Source of the DNA: Candidatus Limnocylindrales bacterium
GTDB lineage: Bacteria; Chloroflexota; Limnocylindria; Limnocylindrales; CSP1-4
Direction of reading: 5' to 3'
NCBI GenBank assembly: GCA_035688935.1
Contig: DASSMI010000035.1
Span: 1-43,278 of the forward strand
DNA length: 43,278 nt
In this document: piece after piece, positions 41,510 to 43,278 of the stretch
How positions within the stretch are numbered: position 1 is the first letter of the stretch
Layout of the letters: each line of letters begins with the position of its first letter
Made by a program: the position numbers and the translations under genes
Notes under the pieces: generated by a model
The model's database searches: none
The model's input: only the letters and a program-made list of their open reading frames with translations
What the model was told of the DNA's origin: nothing

Positions 41510-43096
41510 GTGAGCCATCCGCCCGAGGGTGGTGCGGTCGTCACGCCGCGCCGGTGGAGCCGTCACCTCCACGCGTTCCTCGATTCGCTGTTCCCCGGTC
41601 TCGGCCACCTCGTGGCCGGACGGCGTCGCCGCGCGGCGCTCTTCGGGCTCCCGACGATCGGGTTCTTCCTGATCCTGGTGCTCGGGCTCGTTCTCGTCCC
41701 GACCGCGACGCTGATCGGCGTGGTCGTGGATCCGGCGACCGTGGTCGTCCTGTTCGGGCTCCAGGCGTTGCTGCTCGTCTGGCGAGCGGCGGCGGTTGGG
41801 TCGAGCCTCACGAACGGGCGGTTCCCGCGGTTGGGCCGTCGCGATGCCGTCCCGATCGCCCTCATCGCCATCGTCCTGATCGTCCCCCACGTCTACGGCG
41901 GCGTCCTGACGGAGGCCGCTCGCGAGTCGGCGGACGAGGTCTTCGACCCGACGACGGCGGGCGCGTGGCAACCGCCGGGTGGCGGGGCGACGCCCGAGCC
42001 GGATCCGTCGATCGCGCTTCCGTCCGGCCCGCTGCCGAGCGACTCACCCGAGCCGTCGGCGACGCCGCACGAACCCCGCCAGAACGTGCTCCTGATCGGG
42101 GTCGACTCGGGGATCGGCCGGAACACGTTCCTGACCGACACGATGATCATCGTCTCGCTCGACCCGGTCACCGAGACGGTGTCGATGGTCTCGATCCCGC
42201 GCGACATGGTGGACGTGCCGCTGCCTGACGGGCGCACGTTCAGCGGCAAGATCAACGGCCTGGTCTCGTTCGCCCGGCATCACCAGGGGACGTTCCCGGG
42301 CTCCAACGGTCAGGGCTACGACGTCCTCATGGGCGCCCTCGGCACGCTGACCGGCCTGAAGATCGATCACTACGCCCAGGTCGACCTGGGCGGGTTCGTG
42401 CGGGTCATCGACACGCTCGGCGGGATCGACGTGAACGTCGAGGACTCGTTCTGCGACCCCACCTACGACGAGTACGGCTTCACCCACGGCTTCGGGATCA
42501 CGGCCGGTCGCCACCACCTGAATGGCTACCAGGCGCTCGCCTACGCGCGGGTCCGGAAGGCGTCCGGCGAGAGCGACTTCACCCGCGCGGCACGGCAGCA
42601 GGAGATCCTCTCCGGGATCCGTGACCGCGTGAAGGCCGGCGGCTTCCTCAACGACCCGATCGGCCTCGTGCAGGCGCTCGGCAAGACCGTCTCGACGAAC
42701 ATCCCGCGCTCCATGGTCGCCCCGCTCGCGGACGTCGCGACGCGGGTGGGCCGCAAGCAGACCTACCGGGCGGTGATCACCCACCCGCTCGTGAGCTCGG
42801 GCTACGACAGCCGCGGCTCGATCCAGATCCCGAACGTGGCCGGCATCCGGAAGCTGGTTCGCGTCCTCTTCCCGGTCGACGGCTCGCGGCCGCCGGCCAA
42901 GTACCTCGCGTCGACCGGGTCGGGCAAGGCGAGCGGCTCCGGCGTCTCGCAGTGCGGCCCGGTCGCGACGCCGCGACCGACCGCGACGCCGAAGCCCACC
43001 CCCAGGCCCACGCCGAAGCCCAGCGCGACGCCGTCCCCGTCGCCCGAGCCGACGCCGTCCCCGGAGCCGTCGGTCGAGGCCAGCCCCTCGACCTAG
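41510..43096 (+). CDS. LCP (LytR-CpsA-Psr) family cell-envelope phosphotransferase with N-terminal TM region and C-terminal Pro/Thr-rich tail
   Basis: 528-aa ORF with a GTG start. It has 3-4 N-terminal TM helices. The LCP core is NVLLIGVDSG...TDTMIIVSLDP...VSIPRDMVDVPL...LNGYQALAYARVRK...DFTRAARQQ. The tail is PRPTATPKPTPRPTPKPSATPSPSPEPTPSPEPS. Confidence 0.9.
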   Translation: MSHPPEGGAVVTPRRWSRHLHAFLDSLFPGLGHLVAGRRRRAALFGLPTIGFFLILVLGLVLVPTATLIGVVVDPATVVVLFGLQALLLVWRAAAVGSSLTNGRFPRLGRRDAVPIALIAIVLIVPHVYGGVLTEAARESADEVFDPTTAGAWQPPGGGATPEPDPSIALPSGPLPSDSPEPSATPHEPRQNVLLIGVDSGIGRNTFLTDTMIIVSLDPVTETVSMVSIPRDMVDVPLPDGRTFSGKINGLVSFARHHQGTFPGSNGQGYDVLMGALGTLTGLKIDHYAQVDLGGFVRVIDTLGGIDVNVEDSFCDPTYDEYGFTHGFGITAGRHHLNGYQALAYARVRKASGESDFTRAARQQEILSGIRDRVKAGGFLNDPIGLVQALGKTVSTNIPRSMVAPLADVATRVGRKQTYRAVITHPLVSSGYDSRGSIQIPNVAGIRKLVRVLFPVDGSRPPAKYLASTGSGKASGSGVSQCGPVATPRPTATPKPTPRPTPKPSATPSPSPEPTPSPEPSVEASPST

Positions 43097-43278
43097 GCCG
43101 GCTTCTTCCCGGCCGGCGGCGGATTCTTCGCGTTCGCCGGCGGCGGCGCCTTCGCCTCGCCGGGTGGCGGCGCCTTCAGACCGCCGGGTGGCGGCGCCTT
43201 CACCTCGCCGGCCGGCGGATTCGCCGGACCTCCGTCAGGCGCTGTCTCGGGCCCGCCGTCGGGAGCGCCGTCGGGCGG
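43093..43278 (-). CDS. 3' end of a convergent gene encoding a Pro/Ala/Lys-rich C-terminus (5' part outside the window)
   Basis: Hand translation of the minus strand is open across the whole interval: PPDGAPDGGPETAPDGGPANPPAGEVKAPPPGGLKAPPPGEAKAPPPANAKNPPPAGKKPA*. Its TAG (43095-43093) interlocks with the LCP TAG in the palindrome CCTAGG. A 24-nt direct repeat occurs at 43158 and 43182. The plus frame is also open with high GC3, so strand assignment is tentative. Confidence 0.35.
   Translation of the reverse strand, partial: PPDGAPDGGPETAPDGGPANPPAGEVKAPPPGGLKAPPPGEAKAPPPANAKNPPPAGKKPA

Noticed and set aside
43097-43278. Read-through of the LCP TAG into the open, high-GC3 plus frame (AGFFPAGGGFFAFAGGGAF...).
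   Set aside because: There is no start codon for an independent plus-strand gene and no known read-through signal. The Phe/Gly-rich product is less protein-like than the minus-strand Pro/Lys-rich reading. This is kept only as a caveat.

Overview
The window is a very GC-rich (roughly 70% by eye, not computed) bacterial chromosome segment. It has actinobacterial hallmarks: a diheme QcrC, a three-TM Rieske QcrA, a CtaF-like oxidase subunit, an LCP protein, F420-type PPOX genes and Pro/Thr-rich linkers. I call about 47 protein genes and two tRNA-Gln(CUG) genes. I see no rRNA, CRISPR array, transposase or integrase.

Layout:
- 1-11.9 kb, minus strand: partial GAF histidine kinase, class III nucleotide cyclase, mgtE, an orphan tadG/tadE/tadE trio, then one translationally coupled qcrC-qcrA-qcrB-ctaC-ctaD-(ctaF-like) respiratory operon.
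- 12-18.3 kb: small membrane protein, secreted GH25 muramidase, YdeI-like protein, cupin, STAS protein, ECF sigma factor with a C-terminal extension, FAD/BBE-type oxidase.
- 18.5-36.8 kb: a stress and anaerobic-type redox island.
  - Minus strand from 28651: cNMP-binding protein, fused beta-gamma diaphorase subunit, small and large subunits of a group-3b-like [NiFe]-hydrogenase, maturation endopeptidase, HypC, EamA permease, an unknown protein with a HypC-like C-terminus, hemerythrin, another unknown protein, tandem USP.
  - Plus strand from 28760: a PFOR split into two genes with a CBS-pair gene wedged between them, a GlsB-like membrane protein, a flavodoxin-like protein, a Pat-like GNAT, an acetyl-CoA hydrolase/transferase-family enzyme and a CBS-BON protein.
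- 36.9-43.3 kb: membrane protein, CE4 deacetylase lipoprotein, tRNA-Gln, two PPOX paralogues, tRNA-Gln plus glnS, an LCP protein, and a partial Pro-rich gene.

The strongest candidates for undescribed biology are:
- the CBS-interrupted split PFOR;
- the cNMP-binding gene and the EamA/HypC-like genes embedded in the hydrogenase operon;
- the divergent pairing of hydrogenase with PFOR and a CoA-transferase;
- the tRNA-Gln/glnS cassette in a lineage that normally lacks GlnRS.

All domain calls rest on motif recognition by eye in the supplied translations. Start codons were chosen by hand from frame, SD-like sequences and start/stop overlaps. No database search was run.
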